This document shows positions 1-9,517 of a DNA stretch of 64,000 nucleotides, piece by piece. This stretch comes from Dehalococcoidia bacterium (lineage in GTDB: Bacteria; Chloroflexota; Dehalococcoidia; UBA2979): positions 1,280,001 to 1,344,000 of the forward strand of contig OZ253555.1 of the NCBI GenBank assembly GCA_965262725.1, in the 5' to 3' direction. Within the stretch, counting starts at the first letter, position 1. Every line of letters starts with the position of its first letter. Below the pieces are notes generated by a model. The model had not been told where the DNA came from. It searched no databases and worked only from the letters and a program-made list of their open reading frames with translations. The position numbers and the translations under genes were made by a program.

Positions 1-403
1 CCACGATCTCCGGCAACCGGTCGAAGCGGCCGTGCCGAAGGGTGACCGCGTCGCCGAAGGGGGCCAGCCGCCCGCGGGCGACGTCGAGTGCCTGTCGATC
101 GCGATCGACCCCGAGCAGCCGGACGCCCGGGGTCGCCTCGAGCAACGCGCGCGCGTGGCCGCCCGTGCCGAGAGTCGCGTCGACGTAGCGCCCGCCCGGT
201 CGCAGAGCAAGCAGCTGCACGACCTCTTCGGGCATGACCGGCTCGTGTACGGCGCCGGCGGCGTTCGGACCGGCGGGCCCTAGGGGCCCGCCGGGGCGGC
301 GCGCCCTCCGACCGGGGCCGCGACGCGTCGCCGAGCAGGCACCCGAACGGTGACGGGGAGACGGGCCCTCCCCCGCGGTGGGCGGGACGAGCGGAGTCGT
401 CAC
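1..403 (-). CDS. rsmH: 16S rRNA m4C1402 methyltransferase RsmH (N-terminal part; runs off the window)
   Basis: Manual minus-strand translation gives HEPVMPEEVVQLLALRPGGRYVDATLGTGGHARALLE...LLGVDRD, the RsmH motif. In-frame GTG at 403 overlaps the mraZ stop (GTGA). Not in the ORF track; exact start uncertain. Confidence 0.9.
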   Translation of the reverse strand, partial: MTTPLVPPTAGEGPSPRHRSGACSATRRGPGRRARRPGGPLGPAGPNAAGAVHEPVMPEEVVQLLALRPGGRYVDATLGTGGHARALLEATPGVRLLGVDRDRQALDVARGRLAPFGDAVTLRHGRFDRLPEIV

Positions 404-825
404 GATCCAGGCTCGCCGCGAGCATCGGCTAGCGCGGCCGCCGTCTGCTCGCGCTCCCAACGCTCCGGGCTCCACAGCTCGACGTAGTCGCCGCACCCGA
501 TCACGACGGCGCGGCTCTCCAGGGCCGCAGCCTCGCGCATCCCCGCAGGCAGCAGCACTCGGCCCTGCCCGTCGAGTTCGACGGTGAAGGCGCCGGGCAG
601 GAAGCCCCGGCGCACCCGCCGGCCCCCGATGTCGCGCGTGCTGACGTGCGCTCCGAGCCGGGAGCGGACCTCCTCCTCGAACCCCTCCTGCGTGTAGAGC
701 TCGACGCAGCCGTCCCCGCTCGCCCGCAGGACGCCCCCGCCGGCAAAGGCGTGGCGATAGCGAGCCGGGACTGCCACCCGGCCACGGTCGTCGACCGCGT
801 GATCGAAAGAACCGAAGAAGTACAC
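400..825 (-). CDS. mraZ: Division/cell-wall cluster transcriptional regulator MraZ
   Basis: FFGSFDHAVDDRGRVAVP and LDGQGRVLLP (two DxxGR motifs), plus IGCGDYVELW. Lies upstream of rsmH. GTG start at 825 follows GGGGA. Confidence 0.93.
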   Translation of the reverse strand: MYFFGSFDHAVDDRGRVAVPARYRHAFAGGGVLRASGDGCVELYTQEGFEEEVRSRLGAHVSTRDIGGRRVRRGFLPGAFTVELDGQGRVLLPAGMREAAALESRAVVIGCGDYVELWSPERWEREQTAAALADARGEPGS

Positions 826-870
826 GCTGTCCCCGCTGCGCTCCCGGACGCTCGTGCGGAATAGGGAATA

Positions 871-930
871 CGCCCCATTCTGCCCCATTGCAGCTCCGAG
901 AAGCTATCACATGCCCCACCGCCCTCACAA
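871..930 (-). promoter_or_regulatory. Putative MraZ-binding direct repeats upstream of mraZ
   Basis: Minus strand shows GTGAGG, GTGGGG, ATGGGG and ATGGGG boxes, the last two exactly 10 bp apart. Resembles the known TGGGN/GTGG MraZ boxes. Confidence 0.55.
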
Positions 931-1016
931 CCGAGCCCGCGCGGCACCACGGAGGGCGTCGCCTCTTGCCCGTCGACGCCGATCGGGCGCACCGTGAGTA
1001 CGGTGGAGGGCTGGCG

Positions 1017-1559
1017 ATGGCGTTGCGTGCCGGCGTCCTGACGGTGTCCGATGCGGGGGCCCGCGGCGAGCGTGACGACACGGCCGGGCCCGCTGTCGCC
1101 GCGGCGCTCGCCGGCGCCGGGTTCGCCGTGGCGGCGAGCGCACTCCTCCCCGACGAGGAGGGCGAGATCGCCGCCCTCTTGCGCCGCTGGTGCGACGACG
1201 AGGACGTCGCCCTCGTCGTGACGACCGGCGGCACCGGACTCGCGCCGCGCGATCGCACGCCGCAGGCCACGGCCGGGGTGATCGACTACGAAGTCCCGGG
1301 CCTGGCCGAGGCGATGCGCGCGGCCGGCCGCAACTCTACGCCGTTCGCCTCGCTCTCCCGGGGCCTCGCCGGCGTGCGCGGTTCCACCCTGCTCCTGAAC
1401 CTCCCCGGCAGCGAGAGCGGCGCGACGGAGAGCATCGCGGCCGTGCTCGGAGTGCTCCGCCACGCGTGCACGCAGCTCTCCCTCCCGCGATCCGGCGGAC
1501 CGTCGGGCGCCGACCCCGACACAACGCACGCCGAGCTCGCGGCCGGTTCCGCGGAGTAA
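1017..1559 (+). CDS. mog: Molybdopterin adenylyltransferase MogA/MoaB family
   Basis: VLTVSD...DDTAGP, TTGGTGLAPRDRTPQAT, SLSRG and NLPGS motifs. ATG 1017 follows GGAGGG. Confidence 0.9.
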   Translation: MALRAGVLTVSDAGARGERDDTAGPAVAAALAGAGFAVAASALLPDEEGEIAALLRRWCDDEDVALVVTTGGTGLAPRDRTPQATAGVIDYEVPGLAEAMRAAGRNSTPFASLSRGLAGVRGSTLLLNLPGSESGATESIAAVLGVLRHACTQLSLPRSGGPSGADPDTTHAELAAGSAE

Positions 1560-1566
1560 CCCCGGC

Positions 1567-2316
1567 GTGCGCATCGACGTGCTGACGCTCTTTCCCGGCA
1601 TCCTCGAGGCGCCGCTCCGGGAGACGATCCTCGGGCGCGCCCGAGAGTCCGGCGTGCTTGAGGTCGTGATCCACGATCTCCGACCTTGGGGGCTCGGCCG
1701 GCACCGGTCGGTGGACGACTACCCGTTCGGCGGGGGGCCGGGGATGGTCATGCGGCCCGAGCCGTTCTTCACCGCCGTCGAGGCGATCCAGCTCCTCTCG
1801 GAGCCGGCGGCCGAGGTGGTCCTGCTGACACCCCAGGGACGCCGCCTCGATGCGGCCCTCGCCGCGGATCTCGCCGCCAGACCGCGCCTGCTCATGGTCT
1901 GCGGCCGCTACGAGGGGGTCGACGAAAGGGTCCGCGAGCACCTCATCGATCGCGAGGTAAGCGTCGCTGACGTAGTGCTCTCCGGTGGCGAGATCCCGGC
2001 GCTCGTGCTGATCGACGCGGTGGCGCGCCGGATCCCCGGCGTGCTCGGCGCCGAGGCCTCCCTGGCTGAGGAGTCCTTTGACGAGGGGCTGCTCGAATAC
2101 CCGCAGTACACGCGTCCCCGCGACTTCCGCGGCTGGCCCGTCCCTCCGGTCCTGCTCTCAGGTGATCACGGGGCGGTGGCGCGCTGGCGCCGGGGTGAGC
2201 GGGTACGCCGCACGCACGAGCGCCGGCCGGATCTTCTCCCCGGCGCCGCCCTCACCGAGCGCGAGCGGGCCTTCCTCGCCGACCGGTCCGCCGACGGCGG
2301 GGGCCCGGTTGACTGA
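1567..2316 (+). CDS. trmD: tRNA (guanine37-N1)-methyltransferase
   Basis: VDDYPFGGGPGMVM, CGRYEGVDERV, VLSGGEIPA, LLEYPQYTRP. Confidence 0.97.
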   Translation: MRIDVLTLFPGILEAPLRETILGRARESGVLEVVIHDLRPWGLGRHRSVDDYPFGGGPGMVMRPEPFFTAVEAIQLLSEPAAEVVLLTPQGRRLDAALAADLAARPRLLMVCGRYEGVDERVREHLIDREVSVADVVLSGGEIPALVLIDAVARRIPGVLGAEASLAEESFDEGLLEYPQYTRPRDFRGWPVPPVLLSGDHGAVARWRRGERVRRTHERRPDLLPGAALTERERAFLADRSADGGGPVD

Positions 2317-2420
2317 CCCCCGGCGGCCTCGACTCTGTGGTGGGGGGCGGCTAGACTGCGATCCTTCCTGTCCCATCGGCACCGCGCCGGGATGGCGACC
2401 GATTCGGGGGAGCAGTCGCC

Positions 2421-2780
2421 ATGCCGACCATCGACTTGCGCAAGCTGGCGCCGGAGCGCAACGTCGCCATCCCGGATTTCGGGGCTGGCGATACGGTGCG
2501 CGTCTTCGTGCGCGTCGTCGAGGGCGAGCGCGAGCGCATCCAGCCCTTCGAGGGCGTCGTTCTGCGCGTGACGAGGGGACCGGGCGGGAGCTTCACCGTC
2601 CGCCGCATCGCCTCCGGCGTCGGCGTTGAGCGCAGCTTCCCGCTCTCCTCGCAGCGAGTGGTCCGCGTCGAGGTTGTGCGCCGCGGTCGCGTCCGCCGCT
2701 CGCGCCTCTACTACCTGCGCGGCCGCACGGGCCGCGCGGCGCGCGTGAAGGAAGCACGCCGAGCGCCGAGCAGCTCGTAG
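2421..2780 (+). CDS. rplS: 50S ribosomal protein L19
   Basis: [44 protein letters not shown]. Follows trmD. Confidence 0.97.
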   Translation: MPTIDLRKLAPERNVAIPDFGAGDTVRVFVRVVEGERERIQPFEGVVLRVTRGPGGSFTVRRIASGVGVERSFPLSSQRVVRVEVVRRGRVRRSRLYYLRGRTGRAARVKEARRAPSSS

Positions 2781-2819
2781 GGCGGCGGACCGCCGCCTCA
2801 TTCGGCCTATCATCGGCCC

Positions 2820-5663
2820 GTGAGTAAGCCGCCCGCAGGCCCCACCCAGCCCGATCGGGAAGCGCCGGGACGCAGCCGCTACGTGCGCGTCGCCGTCAAC
2901 TCCGGGCAGCGCACGGCTATGACTTTCACCTACCACGTGCCGCCGGGGCGGGAGGTCCGTGCGGGCGAGGTCCTGCACGTCCCGTTCGGGGCGCGCACGC
3001 TGCAGGGGGTCGTCGTCGAGGGTCCATTCGACCTTCCCGGGTACGCCGGCACGACCCGCCCGATCGATCCCCCGGTGGAGGGCGCGCCGGTGATCACGGC
3101 GCGGCGCCTCGAGCTCGCGCAGTGGATCGCCGATCGCTACCTCGCGCCAGCTTGGGAGTCCTACGCGCTGATGCTGCCGCCGGGCGCGAGTGAGCGCCCG
3201 CAGACTCTTGTCGCGCGGGCAGCCGGCGGGCCGCAAAACGACGGTGATCCGGAGGCGCATCCCCGCCTGCCGGAGCCGCAGGCACGGCTCTACGCCCTGC
3301 TCGGCCCGGATCCGCGCCCCGCGGAGGAACTGCGCGCGAAGGCGGGCGAGCGCGCTTTCGACCAGGCGCTGGCAGCCTTGGTGCGACGGGGTCTGGCTGA
3401 GAAGCGCTATCGGCTGGGGCGGCCGCGCGGGCGAGCGCGCGTGGCCGAAGTCGTGCGCCTGCTCGTCCCGCCGGAGCGTGCGCGCGCTGCCGCGCTCGCG
3501 ATCGAGGGGCGCCGGCGGTCACGACCGGCGCGCGTGCTTCGTGCCCTGCTGGATGCGGGCGTGCCGCTTCCCTCCGAGGAGCTCGCCCGGATCGCGCGCG
3601 GCCGCGCGGTGGTCGAGGCGCTCGTGAGGGACGGTGTGCTTGAGCCCGCTCCCCCTGGCGAGGGGAGCGGATCCGGCCCGCGCGGGGAGGATTCCCCCGG
3701 GGCGCTGCGCCTCGCCGTCTCGCGCGAACGGGCGGAGCGCGCGGCGCTGCGCCTCTCGCGCACGCGCGCCGATGAAGCGTCGGCCGCACTCCTCGAGCGG
3801 CTCGCGGCCGACGCCGAGGGGGGCCGCGAGCCGACGGCGCGGCTAGCGGGCCTCGGCCGCGAGCTGGGCCCCGGCGCGCGGGCGGCGGTGGAGCGACTGG
3901 CCGCCGAGGCGCTCGTCGCCGTCGACGAGGTCCTGGATCGGCGCGACCCTCTCGCCGGACTCTCCGTGCTCACCCGCCCGCGCCCGGAGCTGATCGGCGA
4001 TCAGCGGGTCGCCTCGGCGCGGGCACGCGCGCTCATCGACCGCGCCGCGACGGGCGGGGATGGCGGCACGCCGCTGCTGATGGTGGGCGTGACCGGATCC
4101 GGGAAGACGGAGGTCTACCTCGATGCGCTGGCGCACGCCGTCGACCGCGGGCGGCGCGGCATCGTCCTCGTTCCCGAGATCGCCCTCACGCCGCAGACCG
4201 TGCGGCGCTTCGCGGAGCGTTTCCCCGGCCGCGTCGGCGTGCTCCACTCCGGGCTCTCGCTGGGCGAGGCATTCGACGAGTGGCACGCCGCGGCAGAGGG
4301 CCGCTACGACGTCGTCATCGGCTCGCGATCGGCGATCTTCGCGCCGGTGCCCGACCTTGGCCTAGTCGTAGTCGACGAGGCGCACGAGTGGACCTACAAG
4401 CAGGAGGATCCGCAGCCCCGCTACGACGCGCGCGACGTCGCGGCGCGCCTCTGCGAGCTCGCGGGCGCCGCGCTCGTGCTCGGTACCGCGACTCCGTCGG
4501 TGGAACAGTGGTATCAGGCGGTCTCGGGTGAACTGGAGCGGGTCGACCTTCCGCGGCGCGTGCGCCCGGTGCCGCAGCCCGGCGGGGGCGTCGCGGTGTG
4601 GCCCTCCGACGAAATGCCTGAGGTCGAGGTCGTCGACATGCGGGGCGGGCGCTCCCTCTTCTCGGAGCACCTCGCGCTGGCGCTCGGGGAGACGCTCGAG
4701 CGCGGCGAGCAGTCGATCCTCTTCCTCAACCGCCGGGGCCTCGCCGGCTTCCTGCTCTGTCCGCAGGGGCACTCGCCCGAGTGCTCCTCGTGCGACGTCT
4801 CGCTCGCGCTCCACACGCGGGGCGAGCCCTCCGGCGGCGCTCCCCCTCCAGACGAGGGCCCCGCCGCCCGCCGCCGGGTTCTGGTCTGCCACCAGTGCGG
4901 GCGCCGCCGGGGGGTGCCGGCGGCGTGCCCTCGCTGCGGCGGCGCCCTCGGGCCGGCGCGCGCCGGCACGCAGCGCGTGGAGCGCGAGGTGCGCCGCCTC
5001 TATCCGGCGGCCCGTGTCGCGCGCTGGGACCGAGACACGGCCCGCCGGCGCGATCATCACGAGGCGATCCTCGGGCGGTTCCTGGGGCAGGAGATCGACG
5101 TCCTGGTCGGAACGCAGATGGTGGCGAAGGGTCTCGACATCCCTGCGGTCACGCTGGTCGGGGTCGTGCTCGCCGACTACACGCTACGCGAGGGCGACTT
5201 CCGCTCGCGCGAGCGGACCTTTCAGCTGCTCGTGCAGGTCGGCGGCCGGGCCGGCCGGGCCGAGCGGCCGGGCCGGGTCGTGATCCAGACCCTGCAACCG
5301 GAGGACCGCGCCGTGGAGGCGGCCGCGGCGGGTGATGTTGATGGCTTCCTCGAGCAGGAACTGCAGTGGCGGGCGGCTCACGACTACCCGCCGATCCGGC
5401 GCCTGGCTCGGTTGCTGTTCGCACATCCACGCCTCGCCTATGGAGCGGAGGAGGCCGCCCGCGTGGCGACGGAGGTGCGCCGGCTGGCCGCCGGAGCCCC
5501 CCACGTCGAGGTGCTCGGGCCGTTGCGGCCGCGCTTCGCGCGCGTGCGCGGGCGCCACCGCTGGTCGATCGTCGTTAAGGCAGACGACCCGTCCACCCTC
5601 CTGCGCCCACTTGCCCTCCCCGCCGGCTGGCGTGTGGACATCGATCCGGCCAGCGTCGACTGA
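2820..5663 (+). CDS. priA: Primosomal protein N' (replication restart helicase)
   Basis: GVTGSGKTEVY, LVPEIALTPQ, VDEAH, LFLNRRG, Zn knuckles, GTQMVAKGLD, VDIDP. Confidence 0.95.
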   Translation: MSKPPAGPTQPDREAPGRSRYVRVAVNSGQRTAMTFTYHVPPGREVRAGEVLHVPFGARTLQGVVVEGPFDLPGYAGTTRPIDPPVEGAPVITARRLELAQWIADRYLAPAWESYALMLPPGASERPQTLVARAAGGPQNDGDPEAHPRLPEPQARLYALLGPDPRPAEELRAKAGERAFDQALAALVRRGLAEKRYRLGRPRGRARVAEVVRLLVPPERARAAALAIEGRRRSRPARVLRALLDAGVPLPSEELARIARGRAVVEALVRDGVLEPAPPGEGSGSGPRGEDSPGALRLAVSRERAERAALRLSRTRADEASAALLERLAADAEGGREPTARLAGLGRELGPGARAAVERLAAEALVAVDEVLDRRDPLAGLSVLTRPRPELIGDQRVASARARALIDRAATGGDGGTPLLMVGVTGSGKTEVYLDALAHAVDRGRRGIVLVPEIALTPQTVRRFAERFPGRVGVLHSGLSLGEAFDEWHAAAEGRYDVVIGSRSAIFAPVPDLGLVVVDEAHEWTYKQEDPQPRYDARDVAARLCELAGAALVLGTATPSVEQWYQAVSGELERVDLPRRVRPVPQPGGGVAVWPSDEMPEVEVVDMRGGRSLFSEHLALALGETLERGEQSILFLNRRGLAGFLLCPQGHSPECSSCDVSLALHTRGEPSGGAPPPDEGPAARRRVLVCHQCGRRRGVPAACPRCGGALGPARAGTQRVEREVRRLYPAARVARWDRDTARRRDHHEAILGRFLGQEIDVLVGTQMVAKGLDIPAVTLVGVVLADYTLREGDFRSRERTFQLLVQVGGRAGRAERPGRVVIQTLQPEDRAVEAAAAGDVDGFLEQELQWRAAHDYPPIRRLARLLFAHPRLAYGAEEAARVATEVRRLAAGAPHVEVLGPLRPRFARVRGRHRWSIVVKADDPSTLLRPLALPAGWRVDIDPASVD

Positions 5664-5799
5664 GGACGATCGCTCCGGGAGGCGCACAGGTGCCCCCGGG
5701 GAGCTGTCGCCCGTGGCGTGCCCCGTGGCGCGCAGACCCAAGCCGGGAGCGCGGGTACAATCGGCGCGGCCGCGCAACCGATGTGCCCCGAGGAGCGGC

Positions 5800-6369
5800 A
5801 TGATGATTCGTCCCATCCGCTATCTGGGCGACCCCGCGCTGCGCCTGCCGTCTCGGCGCGTGCGCGTCGTCGACGAGAGCGTCCGCCGCTTGATCGGGGA
5901 CATGATCGAGTCGATGGAGATGGCTCAGGGTGTCGGGCTCGCGGCGCCGCAGATAGGCGTGGGGCTGCGCGTGGTGGTGATCGGCCTGCCGGGCGAGCAC
6001 CCCTTCGCGCTGGTGAATCCCGAGGTGGTCGCACGCTCCGGGGAGCGCCGGGCCGAGGGCGAAGGTTGCCTCTCGGTGCCCGGCTACCGCGGTACGCCCA
6101 CCCGCTCCGTGCGGGTGGTCGTCCGGGCGCTCGACGAGCGGGGGGACGCCGTCGAGTTCAGGGCTGAGAATGACCTGTTGGCGCAGGCGCTGGAGCACGA
6201 GGTCGACCACATCAACGGCATCCTCTACGTCGACCGGCTCGGCCCGGACGGGCAGCTCAGCAAGATTCCGGGCCGCGACTGGTCCGAGGGACGCACGTCG
6301 CGGGAGGGACGGGGTCCTGAGAACGCCGCGAACGGTTCGCGGGATGCGGCGGCGGTGGGCGGTTCCTAG
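5800..6369 (+). CDS. def: Peptide deformylase
   Basis: GVGLAAPQIG, EGCLSVP and EHEVDHINGIL motifs. ATG 5800 follows AGGAG. Confidence 0.96.
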   Translation: MMIRPIRYLGDPALRLPSRRVRVVDESVRRLIGDMIESMEMAQGVGLAAPQIGVGLRVVVIGLPGEHPFALVNPEVVARSGERRAEGEGCLSVPGYRGTPTRSVRVVVRALDERGDAVEFRAENDLLAQALEHEVDHINGILYVDRLGPDGQLSKIPGRDWSEGRTSREGRGPENAANGSRDAAAVGGS

Positions 6370-6704
6370 TGGATGTTGTCCTCGCCCTCGTTGTCGTCGT
6401 CGCCGCGTTTTACTTCATTCTTCTCAGGCCCGTGATCGCGCAGCAGCGCCGCCAGCGCCGCGACATCGCTGGCCTCTCCGAGGGGGACGAGGTGCTGACC
6501 AGCGGCGGCTTCTACGCGCGCGTGGTCGAGATCCGCACGCCGGATCACGGCCCGACCCTGATCCGGCTTGAGGTCGCACCCGGCGTGGTTCTGAACGCCA
6601 CGCCCCACGCCGTGCAGGAGGTCAGCGCGCGCGCGCCGCTCGCTGGCGGGTCCGCGGATGCGCCCGATGCGCCCACGACCCCCTCTGCGGGCGGAGCGGA
6701 GTAG
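6369..6704 (+). CDS. yajC: Preprotein translocase subunit YajC
   Basis: N-terminal TM helix, FYFILLRP..QQRR, GDEVLTSGG. Upstream of secD. Confidence 0.9.
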   Translation: MDVVLALVVVVAAFYFILLRPVIAQQRRQRRDIAGLSEGDEVLTSGGFYARVVEIRTPDHGPTLIRLEVAPGVVLNATPHAVQEVSARAPLAGGSADAPDAPTTPSAGGAE

Positions 6705-6707
6705 CGC

Positions 6708-8177
6708 GTGCGGCTGCGCCGGAACACCGTCGCCCTCTTGGTGGTCGCGATTCTCTCCGCGGCGTCGCTCGTCGTGGTCTGGCCCCAGGATCCCGGACGC
6801 TTTCTTCCCGGAGTGGTTCCTTGGCCGGAGGGGCGCGGCGTCAGCATCGGGGGCTTCGAGCGCGAGGAGATGCGCCTCGGCCTCGACCTCCAGGGCGGCA
6901 CACGGCTGCTGCTGCGAGCGGTCGTGCCGGATGACTTCGACGGCGTCCTCGACGATGCCCTCGACGGGACGATCACGGTTCTGAGGCGGCGCGTCGACGG
7001 CGCCGGCGTCTCCGAGGCCGAGATCACGCGCCAGGGCGCGCAGGACATCTCCGTGCAGCTTCCGGGCCTGAGTACCGAGGAGGCGCGTCGCCTCCTCGGC
7101 CGCACCGCGCTGCTCCGCTTCTGCCAGCCGGCCTCGATTGCGGAGGGCGGGGGCGAGCCCTGTGACGTCGCGGGCCAGTTCGTCCAGGCATTCGGCGTGA
7201 TCGACGCCCGCCCGGTGGCGCTCACCGGCCGCTTCCTGCGCGCCAACGCCTTCGTCGGCACCGACTCGATCGGTCTCCCCCTGGTTGCCTTCGAGTGGAT
7301 CGGGGACGGACCGGAACTCTCCGAGCAGGTGACGAGCCGGCTGCTCCGACTCCCGCTCGCGATCTTCCTCGACGACGAGCTGCTCTCCACGGCGACGGTG
7401 CAGTCCGTGATCCGGGACCGCGGGAGCATCACGAACCTGCCGCTCGACCGCGCGCAGGAGCTGGTCGTGCAGCTGAACGCGGGCGCGCTGCCGATCGAGC
7501 TGAGCGTACTGCAGGAGCAGAACGTCGACGCGGCGCTCGGTGATGACTCGGTGCGCCGCTCGGTGCTCGCCGGTGAGATCGGGCTGGTGCTGGTGGTGCT
7601 CTTCATGATCCTCTACTACCGCCTCCCTGGCGTGCTGGCCTCGATCGCGCTCGGGGTCTACACGGCGCTGACGCTCGCCGTGTTCAAGCTCATCCCGGTG
7701 ACACTCACGCTCGCCGGGCTGGGCGCCTTCGTGCTCTCGGTGGGCATGGCAGTCGACGCGAACATCCTGATCTTTGAGCGGATGAAGGAGGAGCTCCGCG
7801 CCGGCCGCGCCTATGCCCAGGCAGTGGAGGCGGGCTTCCGCCGTGCCTGGCCCTCGATCCGCGACTCGAACGTCACGACGCTGATTACCTGCGGGATCCT
7901 CTTCTCGCTCGGCGGCGGCATCGACCTGCCCGGACTCGGCGCCTTCAACGCGCCCCTGGTTCAGGGCTTCGCCGTCACGCTCGGCATCGGCGTTCTCGTC
8001 TCGATGTTCAGCGCGATCGTTGTCTCCCGGGCGCTGCTTCGCTCCCTGGTGGGGACACCGCTCTCGCGGCGCTACGACTGGATATTCGCCGACGCGCGGC
8101 CGTTTCTGCGCGGGGGGGGCGGCGTGCCGGAGCGCCGGGACGCGGGGCCGACGGGCGGCCCCATGGCGGGCGCCTGA
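6708..8177 (+). CDS. secD: Protein translocase subunit SecD
   Basis: RLGLDLQGG, GMAVDANILIFERMKEEL, IRDSNVTTLI. Confidence 0.96.
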   Translation: MRLRRNTVALLVVAILSAASLVVVWPQDPGRFLPGVVPWPEGRGVSIGGFEREEMRLGLDLQGGTRLLLRAVVPDDFDGVLDDALDGTITVLRRRVDGAGVSEAEITRQGAQDISVQLPGLSTEEARRLLGRTALLRFCQPASIAEGGGEPCDVAGQFVQAFGVIDARPVALTGRFLRANAFVGTDSIGLPLVAFEWIGDGPELSEQVTSRLLRLPLAIFLDDELLSTATVQSVIRDRGSITNLPLDRAQELVVQLNAGALPIELSVLQEQNVDAALGDDSVRRSVLAGEIGLVLVVLFMILYYRLPGVLASIALGVYTALTLAVFKLIPVTLTLAGLGAFVLSVGMAVDANILIFERMKEELRAGRAYAQAVEAGFRRAWPSIRDSNVTTLITCGILFSLGGGIDLPGLGAFNAPLVQGFAVTLGIGVLVSMFSAIVVSRALLRSLVGTPLSRRYDWIFADARPFLRGGGGVPERRDAGPTGGPMAGA

Positions 8178-9493
8178 TGCGCTTCGAACACCTCGACCTG
8201 GTCGGCCGCCGGCGCTGGTTCTTCGCCGCCAGCGGCGGCGTCGTGCTGGCGGCGCTACTGCTTCTCGCCATCCCGCCGTCGCTGCGGCCCGGGATCGAGT
8301 TCACCTCGGGGACGACGGCGCTCCTGCGCTTCGATCGGCCGGTCGAACAGGCCGCGCTCCGCCAGGCCTACGCCGATCTCGGCCACGCGGAGGCGCGCAT
8401 TCAGTCGACGGGTGGAATCGAGTTCCTGGTCCGAACGCGCGAGCTCGACGTCCCCGACGAGGCGTTCGTCTCGCCGGCCCCGCCGGTCGCCGCTCCGGAA
8501 CCCGTGGGCCCCGTCCCCATCGAGCCCGTGGGGACCGCCGTTCTCGGGGCCGAGGACGCACCGCCTGGCACCACCGTGCTCCTCCGTCGTCCGTTCCAGA
8601 ACGACATCTGCAACTTCGGCGGCCTCGTCTCCGAGCTGCCGGCCGGAACGCCCGTGAAGGTCGTCGAGCAGCACCCCGAATGCGTTGCGAACGGGGGGTT
8701 GGTCTGGCGTGTGCTCGCAGAGGGGGAGCTCGGCTACGTGCTGAGCACGGACACCCACGGCTTCGCCCCGGTCGAGGAGGTGTCCGAACAGGTGTCTGCG
8801 ATCGACCTCGGGGAGCGCGGCGTGATCGAGAACGAGCTGGAGGCGCGTTTCGGCAGCTTCGCCGTGCTCGAGTTCGACACCGTCTCGGCGGTCGTGTCGC
8901 GCGTCGCCGTCCGAAACGCGACTGTGGCGGTCGTGGTCGCGGCGATCTTCATCATGGGCTACGTCGCGTTCGCCTTCTCATCGATGCCCTCGCCCCTTCG
9001 CTACGCGGGCGCCGCCATCATTGCGCTCGCGCACGATGTCCTCATCGTGCTCGGCGCCTTCTCGCTTCTGGGCAAGCTCGCGGGCACCGAGATCAATCTC
9101 ATGTTTGTGACCGGGCTGTTGACCGTGATCGGCTTCTCCGTCCACGACTCGATCGTGGTCTTCGACCGCATCCGGGAGAATGTTCAGCGAGCTCCGGACG
9201 CCCCCTTCGGCGAGAGCGTGAACACCGCGCTCGTGGAGACGATGGCGCGCTCGCTCAACACGTCGCTGACACTGCTCCTGACGGTCTGCGCCCTGCTCTT
9301 CCTCGGCGGCGTGACGATTCGCGAGTTCCTGCTTGTGATCCTCGTCGGCGTGATCGCCGGGACCTACTCGAGCATCGCGATCGCGGCGCAGATCCTGGTG
9401 GCGTGGGAGTCCGGCGATCTGGGCCGGTTGCGGGTGAGGCTCGGTCGATCGCTCCGAGGTACGCGGCGAAGCGGTTCCGCCGCCGGCGGCTAG
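8177..9493 (+). CDS. secF: Protein translocase subunit SecF with a ~120-aa extracytoplasmic insertion
   Basis: GIEFTSGT, ALAHDV, GFSVHDSIVVFDRIREN, RSLNTS, GTYSSI. Confidence 0.95.
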   Translation: MRFEHLDLVGRRRWFFAASGGVVLAALLLLAIPPSLRPGIEFTSGTTALLRFDRPVEQAALRQAYADLGHAEARIQSTGGIEFLVRTRELDVPDEAFVSPAPPVAAPEPVGPVPIEPVGTAVLGAEDAPPGTTVLLRRPFQNDICNFGGLVSELPAGTPVKVVEQHPECVANGGLVWRVLAEGELGYVLSTDTHGFAPVEEVSEQVSAIDLGERGVIENELEARFGSFAVLEFDTVSAVVSRVAVRNATVAVVVAAIFIMGYVAFAFSSMPSPLRYAGAAIIALAHDVLIVLGAFSLLGKLAGTEINLMFVTGLLTVIGFSVHDSIVVFDRIRENVQRAPDAPFGESVNTALVETMARSLNTSLTLLLTVCALLFLGGVTIREFLLVILVGVIAGTYSSIAIAAQILVAWESGDLGRLRVRLGRSLRGTRRSGSAAGG

Positions 9494-9517
9494 CGCCCCG
9501 GCGTTGCCGGGAGAGGC

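Noticed and set aside
5332-5799. N-terminal extensions of def, hemW, recA, clpP, recX, frdC and the NUDIX gene given by the ORF track
   Set aside because: They overlap upstream genes or promoters. Downstream starts with an RBS, coupling or -10 signature fit the family lengths better.
8112-8119. G8 homopolymer near the secD 3' end as a phase-variation site
   Set aside because: It lies in the non-conserved Gly-rich tail after the last TM helix, and short G runs are expected at this GC content.
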